A stretch of 64,000 bases of DNA from Candidatus Bathyarchaeota archaeon (GTDB taxonomy: Archaea > Thermoproteota > Bathyarchaeia > Bathyarchaeales > Bathycorpusculaceae), in NCBI GenBank assembly GCA_963782525.1, contig CAWAKC010000009.1, positions 160,001 through 224,000 of the forward strand, read 5' to 3'. Of this stretch, positions 8,425-18,423 are shown in pieces. Each line of letters opens with the position of its first letter. Position 1 is the first letter of the stretch. A model generated the notes under the pieces. That model searched no databases, was not told the origin of the DNA, and worked only from the letters and a program-made list of their open reading frames with translations. The position numbers and the translations under genes are program-made.

Positions 8425-9470
8425 ATGTATTCTTCTTCTGAAGTAGCTGTACCCACGACAACTTGGTAGAAGACGCTGCTGTCTCGGGTTGATTGGACTT
8501 TTTCAAGGGTTCCTGCAACTTTAATTTGCTGTCCCGCTCGAGCAACATTTCGGTAGCAACCGATGTTTGAGACAACTTGAGTAGGGATTTTGTTTATGTC
8601 AATTTCTGATTGGTCGTCTTGTGGTTGGTATCCGCTTATTTTGTAGATTGCGGGGCGATACATTGTTTCTGTATCATCGCAGACTGTTGCGGAAAAACGC
8701 ATCGGCGCCAAAGGCGTATAGGTATAGTCTCCAAATTGGGTTTTGATTTCCTCAGGCTTTTTTGTTGCATTATACATCCAAATTTTGCCTTGGTATTTGC
8801 CCACGAATTTTCTTGCGGCTTCTATACGGTTCCCTGCAATGTAGGAGAGCTTGTTTTCGTTTACAAGTCTTTGTATTGCATCTTCTACAATGCGAAAGTT
8901 GTTTGTGCCATAAACGACGAAGTCGATGTCGGATTCGAGCGCATGCATCTCAAGCGCTATGGAGCCGTGGATGCCCAAATCACTACAGGGTACACCCGAT
9001 TCTTTTGAGATTAAATCTATTAATTGAAGCGACATATCTTGAAGCTTATCAGGTTTTTTGAGGTTCTGCAGCCAGACCAAACGGTCTTTGGGAACAAAAA
9101 CCTGCTCAATCGCGTCAAGCGGCGCTGTTATGAGTTCTTTTCCGCGTGTCTGATCGAAGTAGAGGTAGTTTGGGAATGTTTTGCGGAAGGCTTCGATGAA
9201 TGTTTGGTAGTTTTTTGCAGTGTAAAGTTTTTCTGCGCGGAAAAGCTGGTTTGTAAGTTCGTTTGTGCCAAATTTCCATGTTCGGGTCAGCATTTCCACG
9301 TTAAAAAGCTGTTTGTATTGGGCTGGGATGTACTTGAGGAATGCAAAGACACGGTCGTTAGGGTGTTCGTAGCCAAAAGTGTTCATAATGAAACCGTCTT
9401 TTGTAACGAAGGTGTCTCCGTCCATTGGAGTCCAAATATCTGCTGCTTCTTCCGTAAGGGTGCACCGCAA
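8412..9470 (-). CDS. Predicted nucleotidyltransferase (COG1665-like), paralog 3
   Basis: DGDTF...[19 protein letters not shown]...[15 protein letters not shown]; overlaps paralog 2 by 13 nt; start codon uncertain. Confidence 0.8.
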   Translation of the reverse strand: MRCTLTEEAADIWTPMDGDTFVTKDGFIMNTFGYEHPNDRVFAFLKYIPAQYKQLFNVEMLTRTWKFGTNELTNQLFRAEKLYTAKNYQTFIEAFRKTFPNYLYFDQTRGKELITAPLDAIEQVFVPKDRLVWLQNLKKPDKLQDMSLQLIDLISKESGVPCSDLGIHGSIALEMHALESDIDFVVYGTNNFRIVEDAIQRLVNENKLSYIAGNRIEAARKFVGKYQGKIWMYNATKKPEEIKTQFGDYTYTPLAPMRFSATVCDDTETMYRPAIYKISGYQPQDDQSEIDINKIPTQVVSNIGCYRNVARAGQQIKVAGTLEKVQSTRDSSVFYQVVVGTATSEEEYIWPL

Positions 9471-10285
9471 AATAAGGGTGAAGAGTGTATTAAAAAAGCT
9501 ATCCCAAAGTTTGGCTCCAGAAAGCGTCAGGGGTGACCTAACTTTCTTTAGTCGCTGTAATTGTTAGATACTTCGCTTCAAATGTGCCTTCTGCATGCTT
9601 TTGAGTTCTATAGTCTATTACAAGTACTACTTTGACCCGGTAAAACTATGCTACGATTTTAAAGCTATAATTTTTTTCTAGACTGGATGCAGATCTCTAA
9701 AGGATTTGGAGTATGATTTATGCCACTGGTCAATTGTCAGTGTCGTTTATGAAATTTCAGGTGATTATGATTTTTTAACAATCTTGAAGCTGAGGGATCT
9801 ATGGTCTTGAATTCGTTAATTAAAAATTTGTTATTAATGCCATGCATTCAAGAAAACGTTGACTATAGTCGCCAGAGACATTGTGAAAGAAGATTTTGAG
9901 TGATTCTTGTTTTTTGCTGAATTTACTGGTATAAGTCTTAATTATGAATAAATCACAACCATCATTAAATTTAGTGAACTAGCCATCCAATGTTTGAAGA
10001 CAACAAAAGGAGTTGTGTAAAAAAAAACCCAATCTCCATTAGTGACTTTATCTGCGTTATGTTGGTAATTTGATTTATAATTTGATTAATTCTTGGATAA
10101 ATTTTGAGGTTTTAACTTAACTATCGCCTTAATATGAACAATATGCCTGAATTCCGGGCTTCTTTAAAACATGTATCCACGAAATATGTTTGTTTGTTTT
10201 CAAACGGATAATCTTATATACAACAATTATCTATTTGCACAGATATTAAACAAATAAGTAAACATATGTCAAATGGTGTAATAAA

Positions 10286-11563
10286 ATGAGTGTAACAACT
10301 TTAAGTTCAAACTCCGGAGACGTAGCATGGATAATTACAGCAACAGCCCTCGTAATGATAATGACACCTGCATTAGGCTTCTTTTACGGCGGCTTAGTGC
10401 GCAAAAAAAACCTCGTATCCACAATCGCGCAATGCTTCATCATTTTCGCCGTAATCAGCCTTACTTGGGCACTTTGGGGCTACAGCATGGCTTTTGGCCC
10501 CAGTTACCACGGCATAATCGGTAACCTGTCCCTCGCAGGATTAAACGGCATAGGCATACACGACATCAACCCAGCTCTAGCCGCAACCATACCCACACTA
10601 CTCTTCTTCGCGTTTCAGCTAAAGTTCGCAGCAATCACCCCCGCCCTAATCATCGGTTCATGCGCTGAAAGAGTTCGCTTTCGTTCATTGCTAATTTTCA
10701 TTCTCCTGTGGTCAACGCTAATCTACGTCCCGATTGCACATTGGGTATGGAACCCTGACGGCTGGCTCAAAGGCGTAGGCGCTATTGATTTCGCAGGCGG
10801 ATTAGTCGTCCACATATCCGCAGGTATCTCCGCTCTTGCAGCGGCACTCGTCATTGGCAGACGCAAAGGATGCACAGTTCCCTGGAAACAACACATGAAA
10901 GAAATCGACCAAAAAGAAAGAGTGGAGTTCAAACCAACAAACATTCCCTATGTCCTATTGGGCGCAGCTTTGCTGTGGTTTGGCTGGTTCGGATTTAACG
11001 CAGGCAGTGCATTGGCAGCAAACGACCTTGCAGTCTCAGCACTCGTGGTTACAAACTTAGCCGCAGCAGCAGCCGCAGTCAGCTGGATGCTTATGGATTG
11101 GCTCCTCAAAGGCAAACCATCTGCAGTCGGCATGGCAGTTGGCGCAGTCGTTGGCTTAGTCGTCATCACCCCTGCGTCAGGCTTCGTTAACCCTCAAGCA
11201 GCAATAATCATGGGTTTCATAGGCGGCATAATCTCTAACCTCGTTGCAAGCTGGAGAGCAGGCAGATCACGAATTGACGACACATTGGATGTCTTTGCAT
11301 GCCACGGCGTCGGTGGCATATGGGGTGCAATCGGCACAGGAATATTCGCATCAATAGGCGCAACCGGCCTGATATACGGAAACGTCCACCAATTCCTCGC
11401 CCAGCTATTAGCTGTTGGTGTAGTGGTGCCGTTCTCCTTCGTCGGTTCCTGGCTGTTGCTTAAAGCGGTCAACCTGTTCTCGCCTCTAAGGGTCAGCCCA
11501 GAAGCAGAAGATGCAGGCTTAGACCTCAGCGAGCACGGTGAAGAAGCCTACCAACTAGATTAG
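10286..11563 (+). CDS. amtB: Ammonium transporter (Amt family), copy 1
   Basis: DFAGGLVVH, WFGWFGFNAGS, DDTLDVFACHG (twin His), GLDLSEHGEEAY C-terminus. Confidence 0.95.
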   Translation: MSVTTLSSNSGDVAWIITATALVMIMTPALGFFYGGLVRKKNLVSTIAQCFIIFAVISLTWALWGYSMAFGPSYHGIIGNLSLAGLNGIGIHDINPALAATIPTLLFFAFQLKFAAITPALIIGSCAERVRFRSLLIFILLWSTLIYVPIAHWVWNPDGWLKGVGAIDFAGGLVVHISAGISALAAALVIGRRKGCTVPWKQHMKEIDQKERVEFKPTNIPYVLLGAALLWFGWFGFNAGSALAANDLAVSALVVTNLAAAAAAVSWMLMDWLLKGKPSAVGMAVGAVVGLVVITPASGFVNPQAAIIMGFIGGIISNLVASWRAGRSRIDDTLDVFACHGVGGIWGAIGTGIFASIGATGLIYGNVHQFLAQLLAVGVVVPFSFVGSWLLLKAVNLFSPLRVSPEAEDAGLDLSEHGEEAYQLD

Positions 11564-11577
11564 AGCGTTTCCCGCTC

Positions 11578-11593
11578 CATTTTTTCCTTTTTT
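11578..11593 (+). terminator. Oligo-T terminator after amt copy 1
   Basis: Two T-runs directly downstream of the stop codon. Confidence 0.45.
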
Positions 11594-11846
11594 GTCAATT
11601 TAACTTTTAATTTCTAGGTTTTAGCTGTGGTTAACTTTTGGACAAGTTATTCTTTAGCCACAGTTTTTTTGGACAATTTTGCGATTATCAGGTTAACTAC
11701 GAGATATTATAGTTCAGATATACCGCTTAGCATGCGGTTAATTGGACATTTATCAATATTTAGGCTTTTATTCGGTGCGAATGCATAGTTTAAATATTTG
11801 TTCTAACAAAAAAGGGGAGTAACAAAGCAGAGAGACAGGGGAAGAG

Positions 11847-13142
11847 ATGTCTTACAATCCAGCGGACGTTGCATGGGTTCTAACGTCAACAGCACTAGTT
11901 ATGCTGATGACTCCAGCCTTAGCCTTCTTCTACGGAGGCTTAGTCCGCAGAAAAAACCTTGTCTCCACACTCGTCCAATGCATCGCCATATTCGCAGTCG
12001 TCAGCCTTGTTTGGTTCTTTTGGGGATATAGCCTTGTTTTTGGACCCAGCGTCGGCGGAGTAATCGGAAACCTCTCTCTTGTAGGCTTAAACGGCATAAC
12101 CGTAAACCAAGTTAACTCAACTTACGCTTCAGGCATTCCAGAAATCCTATTCTTCGCCTTCCAACTTAAATTCGCCGCAATCACACCTGCTTTAATAATA
12201 GGTGCCTGTGCAGAAAGAATCCGATTCAAATCGTTACTGATATTCGTTGTTTTGTGGTCTACCTTAATTTACTCGCCAATTGCCCATTGGCTTTGGAACG
12301 TTAACGGTTGGCTTCACGTTTTGGGTGCCTGGGACTTTGCGGGCGGCATAGTTGTGCATGTTGCAGCCGGGTTGTCAGCGTTGGCGGCAGCACTCATTGT
12401 GGGTAGACGTAAGGGCTGCGTTTACTGGAAAGATCAAATGAAAGCTTTAGACCGCAAAGACGTCGGTACAACAGCTATTGGAACCGAGTTTAAGCCCACG
12501 AACATCCCATATGTGATTTTAGGTGCAGGCCTATTGTGGTTTGGCTGGTTTGGCTTCAACGGCGGCAGCGCACTAGCAGCTGATGGCATCGCTGTTTCTG
12601 CGGTGGTTTCGACAAACTTGGCGGCGGCAGCGGCTGCGGTAAGTTGGATGATTCTGGATTGGGTAATCAAAGGGAAGCCTTCAGCAATCGGCATCTCCGT
12701 CGGTGCAGTCTGTGGAATGGCTGCGGTAACAGCAGCAGCCGGCTACGTGAATTTCACGGCAGCAGTAATAATTGGGTTATCTGCAGGTATAATTTCAAAC
12801 TTGGTTGCGAACTGGCGTGCAGGCAGATCCAAAATCGACGATACTCTCGACGTTTTCGCTTGCCACGGAATCGGCGGCATCATCGGCGCACTAGCAGTCG
12901 GTTTATTCGCAACTGTTGCAGTTAATTCAATCGCTAATGTTAATGGATTGTTCTATGGCAATCCTGCGCAACTTGGCATCCAAGCACTCGCAGTAGTTGT
13001 TGTAGCAGCTTTTGCGTTCGTTGGTTCGTATTTGCTGTTGCGGTTGGTCGATGTGTTTTCTCCGTTACGCGTAAGTCCAAAAGAGGAAGATGAAGGCTTG
13101 GATATGAGTCAACACGGCGAAGAAGCATACCACTTAGATTAG
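11847..13142 (+). CDS. amtB: Ammonium transporter (Amt family), copy 2
   Basis: Same conserved motifs as copy 1; clear tandem paralog. Confidence 0.95.
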   Translation: MSYNPADVAWVLTSTALVMLMTPALAFFYGGLVRRKNLVSTLVQCIAIFAVVSLVWFFWGYSLVFGPSVGGVIGNLSLVGLNGITVNQVNSTYASGIPEILFFAFQLKFAAITPALIIGACAERIRFKSLLIFVVLWSTLIYSPIAHWLWNVNGWLHVLGAWDFAGGIVVHVAAGLSALAAALIVGRRKGCVYWKDQMKALDRKDVGTTAIGTEFKPTNIPYVILGAGLLWFGWFGFNGGSALAADGIAVSAVVSTNLAAAAAAVSWMILDWVIKGKPSAIGISVGAVCGMAAVTAAAGYVNFTAAVIIGLSAGIISNLVANWRAGRSKIDDTLDVFACHGIGGIIGALAVGLFATVAVNSIANVNGLFYGNPAQLGIQALAVVVVAAFAFVGSYLLLRLVDVFSPLRVSPKEEDEGLDMSQHGEEAYHLD

Positions 13143-13368
13143 GTAAAACCAGACTTTAAAAAATAAAAATTCAAGTTTTTAGTGGTATCTAGTCTTTTGT
13201 GGTTTGTTTATTTAGTTAAATCGCTGCGTTATTGTCAAAACTAATTTAGGGCTGATGGAAACCAGCTTAAATTGGATAAGGTTGATCGGAAAAAAATTAG
13301 ATTAAGAAGTTAGCGGTTTTTTGCAAAGATATATGAATATAGAATTTGTATGAGGATTCTGGGTGTGA

Positions 13369-14994
13369 TTGGGCATAAAACAGCGAAGCGTTCTCTGCTT
13401 ATCCATTGCAGCACTCATAGCCGTATGTATTTTAAGCGTATAGTACATCGAACCCGCCGACCCATGTTTTGGCCCCTGCATAACCGCAGACATCGACAGA
13501 ACCCTTGTAAACATCAACGAAACCGTCACAGTAACTGGACAAGTGTGCCCTTCAGCTGAAAACAAAACCGTGCGAGTCGCGTTCACTCGACCAGACTACA
13601 CATATGTCGATCGGATCGTGCCAACTGACCCAGAAACAGGCAATTTTTCAGTCACCCAGCAACTTGACATGATAGGCTGTTGGAATATCTTCCCCATAGA
13701 TGGCCACATTGCTGACAGATTATTCGCTGAAGTAACCGATCCTGTCAATCCCAACGCACCCACGCCTACGCCAAGTATACCATCGACCTATAAGCCCGTT
13801 TACAACGTCATTTACGTTTGCGTGGCATTGTTAACTGTCGGTGGAGTAGCGGCTTTTCTTGGAACAAGAAACAAAACAAGAAAAATCAGTTCGCTTCGTC
13901 TGTTAGTTCAAATAGGTTTGTTGTTTCTAATTTTCTTCGGCACATTCATCGATCACTGGGGATATTTGGCGCCTGGGGCAGAGCTTGCTCCTCACGAAAT
14001 TGATGTTTCAACCAACGTATTTGGCGTTGGTATGCCTGATGGGATTCCAGCTCCCGTTTTTGGATGTTATTATCCGTGCGGACGGACCGTTACCTGCGCA
14101 TTGTGGCAGATTCAAACTTACATTTACCCATTCTTCAACGTAGGCGGCGGCTGGGGCGTGCACTATGATTCGACAGGCTTGGCAAGATTAGCTGTAGTTT
14201 TCGGTATAATCATCTTTGCTGCCGTTATTCTAGGCAGATTTTTCTGTGGCTGGATTTGCCCATTTGGCTTATACGTGGATTTGATGACGCGCCTGCGAAA
14301 AGCATTGAAGATTAAGCACCGGAACTTTTCTGATAGGTTTAACGAGCGGTTCCACCAGTTAAGCTACCTCATATTGGCACTCATCATCGTACTAAGCGTC
14401 GTTTTTGCCTCACAAGCCCTATCTGCTTCGCCCTTAATCGCCGGTACTCAAAAGGGCGGAGTCGTCTACAACTACTATTCAGCGCCCTTCTGCCAAGTCT
14501 GCCCCATGAAACCCCTGTGCCTTTTGTCAGAAGTCAGCGTTGGTCTGATGAAGCCAGAATGGGTAACTCAGACTACAACTGGGCAATTCTGGCAGCTGGG
14601 TCAATTCTTAACCTCAACCAACCTGCTCATACTTGGAATAGTAACGGTTGCGGCGTTCTTTTTCCGGCGTTCATGGTGCAGAATCTGTCCGCTCGGCGGC
14701 TTAATCGCTTTGTTTAACCGTTTTCCCCCGTTCAAATGGGTATCTGGTGTGGGTTTAAGCAAGGATGAAGAAAAATGTACCAAATGCGGAATCTGCAAAC
14801 GGGTTTGCCCAACCCAAATAAAAGAAGTTTACGAAGGAAAAAGCGGAGACAGAGCAACCTCACAATGCATCTACTGTCTGCGCTGCGTAGAGATGTGCCC
14901 CAGCGAGGGATGCTTGCAATTCAAGTTTGCAGGTAAAACTGTTTGTAAATCTAGAAACTGGTTAAATAAATCTGACAGCCTAAAAGGAGAATAA
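13369..14994 (+). CDS. Membrane-bound polyferredoxin (NapH/MauN/NosR-like) with extracellular N-terminal domain; in-frame TAG at 13441-13443
   Basis: GRFFCGWICP, FCQVCP, WCRICPLG, CxxCxxCxxxCP twice; signal-peptide-like frame continues upstream to TTG 13369 across one amber. Confidence 0.8.
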
Positions 14995-14995
14995 C

Positions 14996-15925
14996 ATGAA
15001 AAGAAGCTACTTGCATAAAAAACTGGTTTTAGCCATAATTTTCCTATTACTTGCCACGATGTTAATTTCAGTTAACCAAGTAAACTCGCAAACTCCCCTG
15101 GAAACAATTATCATACAACCAGACGGTACTGTTTCTCCTGCAACAGCTGCAATTCAGCAAAACGGAAACACCTACACCTTCACCGACACCGTTTACGCCG
15201 CCTTAAAAATACAGAAAAGCAACATAGTGTTAAACGGCGCAGGATACACTCTTTCTGGACCCTACAACGGAACCCAAGCAGACGTTTGGGTTATAGGTAA
15301 TGGACCGTCAGAGGGCTCTAAGGAATACGTTATTGGGGTTGATTTAGGAAACGCAGACGTTGAAGGTGTCTCAATTGAGAATTTGAACATCAAAAACTTC
15401 AGCATCGGCACGTACATCTGGACAAAAAACAACACATTTACAGGAAATTCCGTTGACGAGAACATCGTCGGTATCTTGCTTTCTGGCTCAAATAATACGG
15501 TTAGCGGAAATACGATTGCAAACAATAAGCGCGGTGTATTTTTTGGTTTTAACAGCGAAGTCGACATCATCCCTACCGATATTGTTCTTTTCAACAACAG
15601 CTTCGAGAATAATGGCATTCAACTTAACGGGTGCATGTGTGTTGACCAAAACACAACTGAGTCACCGCATAATTGGGACAATGGAAAAGAAGGAAACTTT
15701 TGGAGCAACTACAACGGCACGGACGCCAACGGCGACGGTATCGGCGACACATCGTATATCATAGACTCCTTGAACAGGGATCGCTATCCATTGATGGCAA
15801 GTCCTGTGCAGCCACTTGTTGCAGAAAATCAAAACTGGACTTTACTGATAATCTTCGTTGCAGCCTTCATCCTAGTTGTGGTTGCATTGTTCTTGGCGTT
15901 GAGACGGTTTAAGAATCGACCTTAA
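14996..15925 (+). CDS. Secreted NosD-like beta-helix protein with C-terminal TM anchor
   Basis: Signal peptide, Asn-rich beta-helix repeats, GNFWSNYNGTDANGDGIGD and DRYPL, TM plus basic tail. Confidence 0.85.
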   Translation: MKRSYLHKKLVLAIIFLLLATMLISVNQVNSQTPLETIIIQPDGTVSPATAAIQQNGNTYTFTDTVYAALKIQKSNIVLNGAGYTLSGPYNGTQADVWVIGNGPSEGSKEYVIGVDLGNADVEGVSIENLNIKNFSIGTYIWTKNNTFTGNSVDENIVGILLSGSNNTVSGNTIANNKRGVFFGFNSEVDIIPTDIVLFNNSFENNGIQLNGCMCVDQNTTESPHNWDNGKEGNFWSNYNGTDANGDGIGDTSYIIDSLNRDRYPLMASPVQPLVAENQNWTLLIIFVAAFILVVVALFLALRRFKNRP

Positions 15926-15980
15926 TTCGCTTGCGGTATTCTTTTATCCCGAATATTGTTAACATTTATTGTGAATTTTC

Positions 15981-16562
15981 ATGAAAGTTGTTGCTATTAA
16001 TGGAAGTGCAAGAAAAGACGGAAACACCGCCATCTTAATCCAACGTGTCCTTAAAGTCCTTGAGGGGGAAGGAATAGAAACAGAACTTATTCAACTTGCA
16101 GGTCAACAATTCCATGGCTGCACTGCATGCGGAACATGTCGAAAAGTCCAGAACAAACAATGCAAAATCGTAAACGACAACGTCAACCTATATATCGAAA
16201 AGATGATTTCTGCTGATGGCATAATCCTCGGTTCCCCCACATATTTTTCGATGATGACTTCAGAGATGAAAGCACTTATTGACCGAGCTGGATTTGTTGG
16301 CAGAGCAAACGGAGACCTATTCAAGCGCAAAGTCGGCGCGGCGGTTGTGGCTGTTCGTCGCGCAGGTGGAATCCCAACCTTCGATGCGATTAACCACTTT
16401 TTCCTCATCAGCCAAATGATTGTTCCGGGCTCCTCCTACTGGAACGTGGGTATAGGCTTAGCGAAGGGTGACGTAGAAAAAGATGAAGAAGGGATGAAAA
16501 CTATGGACGATTTAGGGAGAAACATAGCTTGGCTCCTCAAAAAAATTGGTCCTTCCATTTGA
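15981..16562 (+). CDS. Iron-sulfur flavoprotein (Isf / multimeric flavodoxin family)
   Basis: INGSxRKxGNT, GCTACGTC-x6-C, GSPTYF, RRAGG. Confidence 0.9.
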   Translation: MKVVAINGSARKDGNTAILIQRVLKVLEGEGIETELIQLAGQQFHGCTACGTCRKVQNKQCKIVNDNVNLYIEKMISADGIILGSPTYFSMMTSEMKALIDRAGFVGRANGDLFKRKVGAAVVAVRRAGGIPTFDAINHFFLISQMIVPGSSYWNVGIGLAKGDVEKDEEGMKTMDDLGRNIAWLLKKIGPSI

Positions 16563-16650
16563 GTCTTTTTTTTATGTGGTTATAGGTCAGTTAGAAAAAG
16601 AAAAATCGGTTAAAGAAAAAAGAAGTTGCCCACAGAAGGGCGGGGGGAGC

Positions 16651-18267
16651 TTATTTCATTATGGCTTTGAGGTCTTCGTCTGGGGTCTTGATGGGCATTA
16701 TGTTGAACTTGTCAACGAGTACCTTGAGTATGTTTGGGGTTATGAATGCCGGTAGGCTTGGTCCGAGGCGAATATCCTTAATGCCCAAGTACAGCAGTGA
16801 CAGCAAGATTGCAACGGCTTTTTGTTCATACCAAGATATCACAAGTGAGAGCGGTAAATCGTTAATTTCTACATGGAACGCTTCTGCCAAGGCTTGAGCG
16901 ATTTTCACGGCTGAATAAGCGTCGTTGCATTGTCCGATGTCAAGTAATCGTGGGATGTCATCGATTGTTCCAAGTTCTTTGTCGAAGAAACGGAATTTTC
17001 CGCATGCCAAAGTCAAGATAATGGTGTTGCTGGGTGCTTTTTCCACGAATTCGGTGTAGTAGCTGCGTCCGGGTTTTGCTCCGTCGCATCCGCCTACGAG
17101 GATGAATCGTTTAATGTGTCCGCTTTTGACTGATTCAATAACTTTACCTGCTACGCTTAGAACCGCATTTCTGCCAAATCCAACTAAAACTGTTTTGCCT
17201 TCAACGTCCTCTGGGAAACCTGGTAATTCTAAAGCTTTCTTGATAACTGCAGAATAGTCTTTGCCTTCGATGTGTGGTACGCCTGGATAACCGACGGGTC
17301 CCGTTGTGAATATGTTGGCTTTGTAAGTTTCGATTGGGCGTTGAATGCAATTGGTCGTCATGAGGATGGCTCCTGGGAACTGGGCGAATTCTTTCTGTTG
17401 GTTTTGCCATGCGGTTCCGTAGTGTCCGTAGAAGTTGGGGTAGGCTTTGAGTTTTGGGTAGCCGTGGGTTGGGAGCATTTCGCCGTGTGTGTAGACGGTG
17501 ATGCCTGTGCCTTGGGTTTGTTTTAGTATGTTTTCTAAGTCGATTAAATCGTGTCCTGAAACGAGGATGGCTTTGCCTTTTTTATGTCCTAATGGTACTT
17601 TGGTTGGGACGGGGTGACCGTAGGTTTCGGTGTTGCCTGCGTCGAGGAGTTCCATGGCGCGTATGTTGATTTCGCCGCATTTGAAAACTAAGCCAACAAA
17701 ATCGTTTATGCCAAGTGACTTGTTGAATTGAGCTACTAGTCCTTCGTGTATGAAGTCGAAGACCTTTTGGTCTTTTTTGCCGAGAAGGTAGGCATGATAA
17801 GAGTATGCTGCGACGCCTTTTAATCCGTAAGTTAAAAGCCACTGCAATCCGTGCAAGTCAGGGTCCAAGGTAGAATCTGAGTTTATCCCGTGCTGTTTGC
17901 CCTGTGCAATCAAGCCTTCAGTCGTATTTGCTAACGGCAAATAATCAGTTTTAACATTAAGTTGTTTATGCAGTTTATCGTGTAGCTCAGCGGCTTTTCT
18001 TATGTAAGCGACTATGGCTTCGGGGTCAAAATTCACGTTTGTCAACGTAACGAAGAGTGCTTCAGCGGTGAAAACGCTTGTTTTCTCATCTTTTACTCCA
18101 GCTTTTTCCGCTTGGATAACGAGTTGGCTGAGTTCACGTAGTTTGTAAACTAACAGGTCTTGGAGGTTGGCGACGTCGGATGTTTTGCCACATACTCCTG
18201 CGATGGTGCAGCCTGTTCCTTTAGCTGTTTGTTCGCATTGGTAACAGAACATTTGGTTTTGACTCAT
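16651..18267 (-). CDS. hcp: Hybrid cluster protein (hydroxylamine/NO reductase)
   Basis: MFCYQCEQT..CTxxGVCGK, SGHDL, YTHGEMLP, GGCDG, GQCNDAY, WYEQKA. Confidence 0.96.
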   Translation of the reverse strand: MSQNQMFCYQCEQTAKGTGCTIAGVCGKTSDVANLQDLLVYKLRELSQLVIQAEKAGVKDEKTSVFTAEALFVTLTNVNFDPEAIVAYIRKAAELHDKLHKQLNVKTDYLPLANTTEGLIAQGKQHGINSDSTLDPDLHGLQWLLTYGLKGVAAYSYHAYLLGKKDQKVFDFIHEGLVAQFNKSLGINDFVGLVFKCGEINIRAMELLDAGNTETYGHPVPTKVPLGHKKGKAILVSGHDLIDLENILKQTQGTGITVYTHGEMLPTHGYPKLKAYPNFYGHYGTAWQNQQKEFAQFPGAILMTTNCIQRPIETYKANIFTTGPVGYPGVPHIEGKDYSAVIKKALELPGFPEDVEGKTVLVGFGRNAVLSVAGKVIESVKSGHIKRFILVGGCDGAKPGRSYYTEFVEKAPSNTIILTLACGKFRFFDKELGTIDDIPRLLDIGQCNDAYSAVKIAQALAEAFHVEINDLPLSLVISWYEQKAVAILLSLLYLGIKDIRLGPSLPAFITPNILKVLVDKFNIMPIKTPDEDLKAIMK

Positions 18268-18423
18268 AAGTATCACTCTATAAACATGATACAGCGTTTT
18301 TATTAAATAGATGTTGTCCCGAACATCTAAGGGATTCTAGCCCGACTTCAATAAAAAGTGCGGATAAACTCGTGCGCTTTAGTTATATTGTACGTTTTAA
18401 TTATTGTTCTAATAGGTCTTTTT

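Noticed and set aside
10132-10142. TATGAACAA motif also present reversed near 6938 and 62535
   Set aside because: AT-rich 9-11-mer in unrelated promoters; compatible with chance without a statistical test
9570-10280. Long AT-rich spacer, possible decayed gene or array
   Set aside because: No sustained ORF, periodic repeat or recognisable homology by eye
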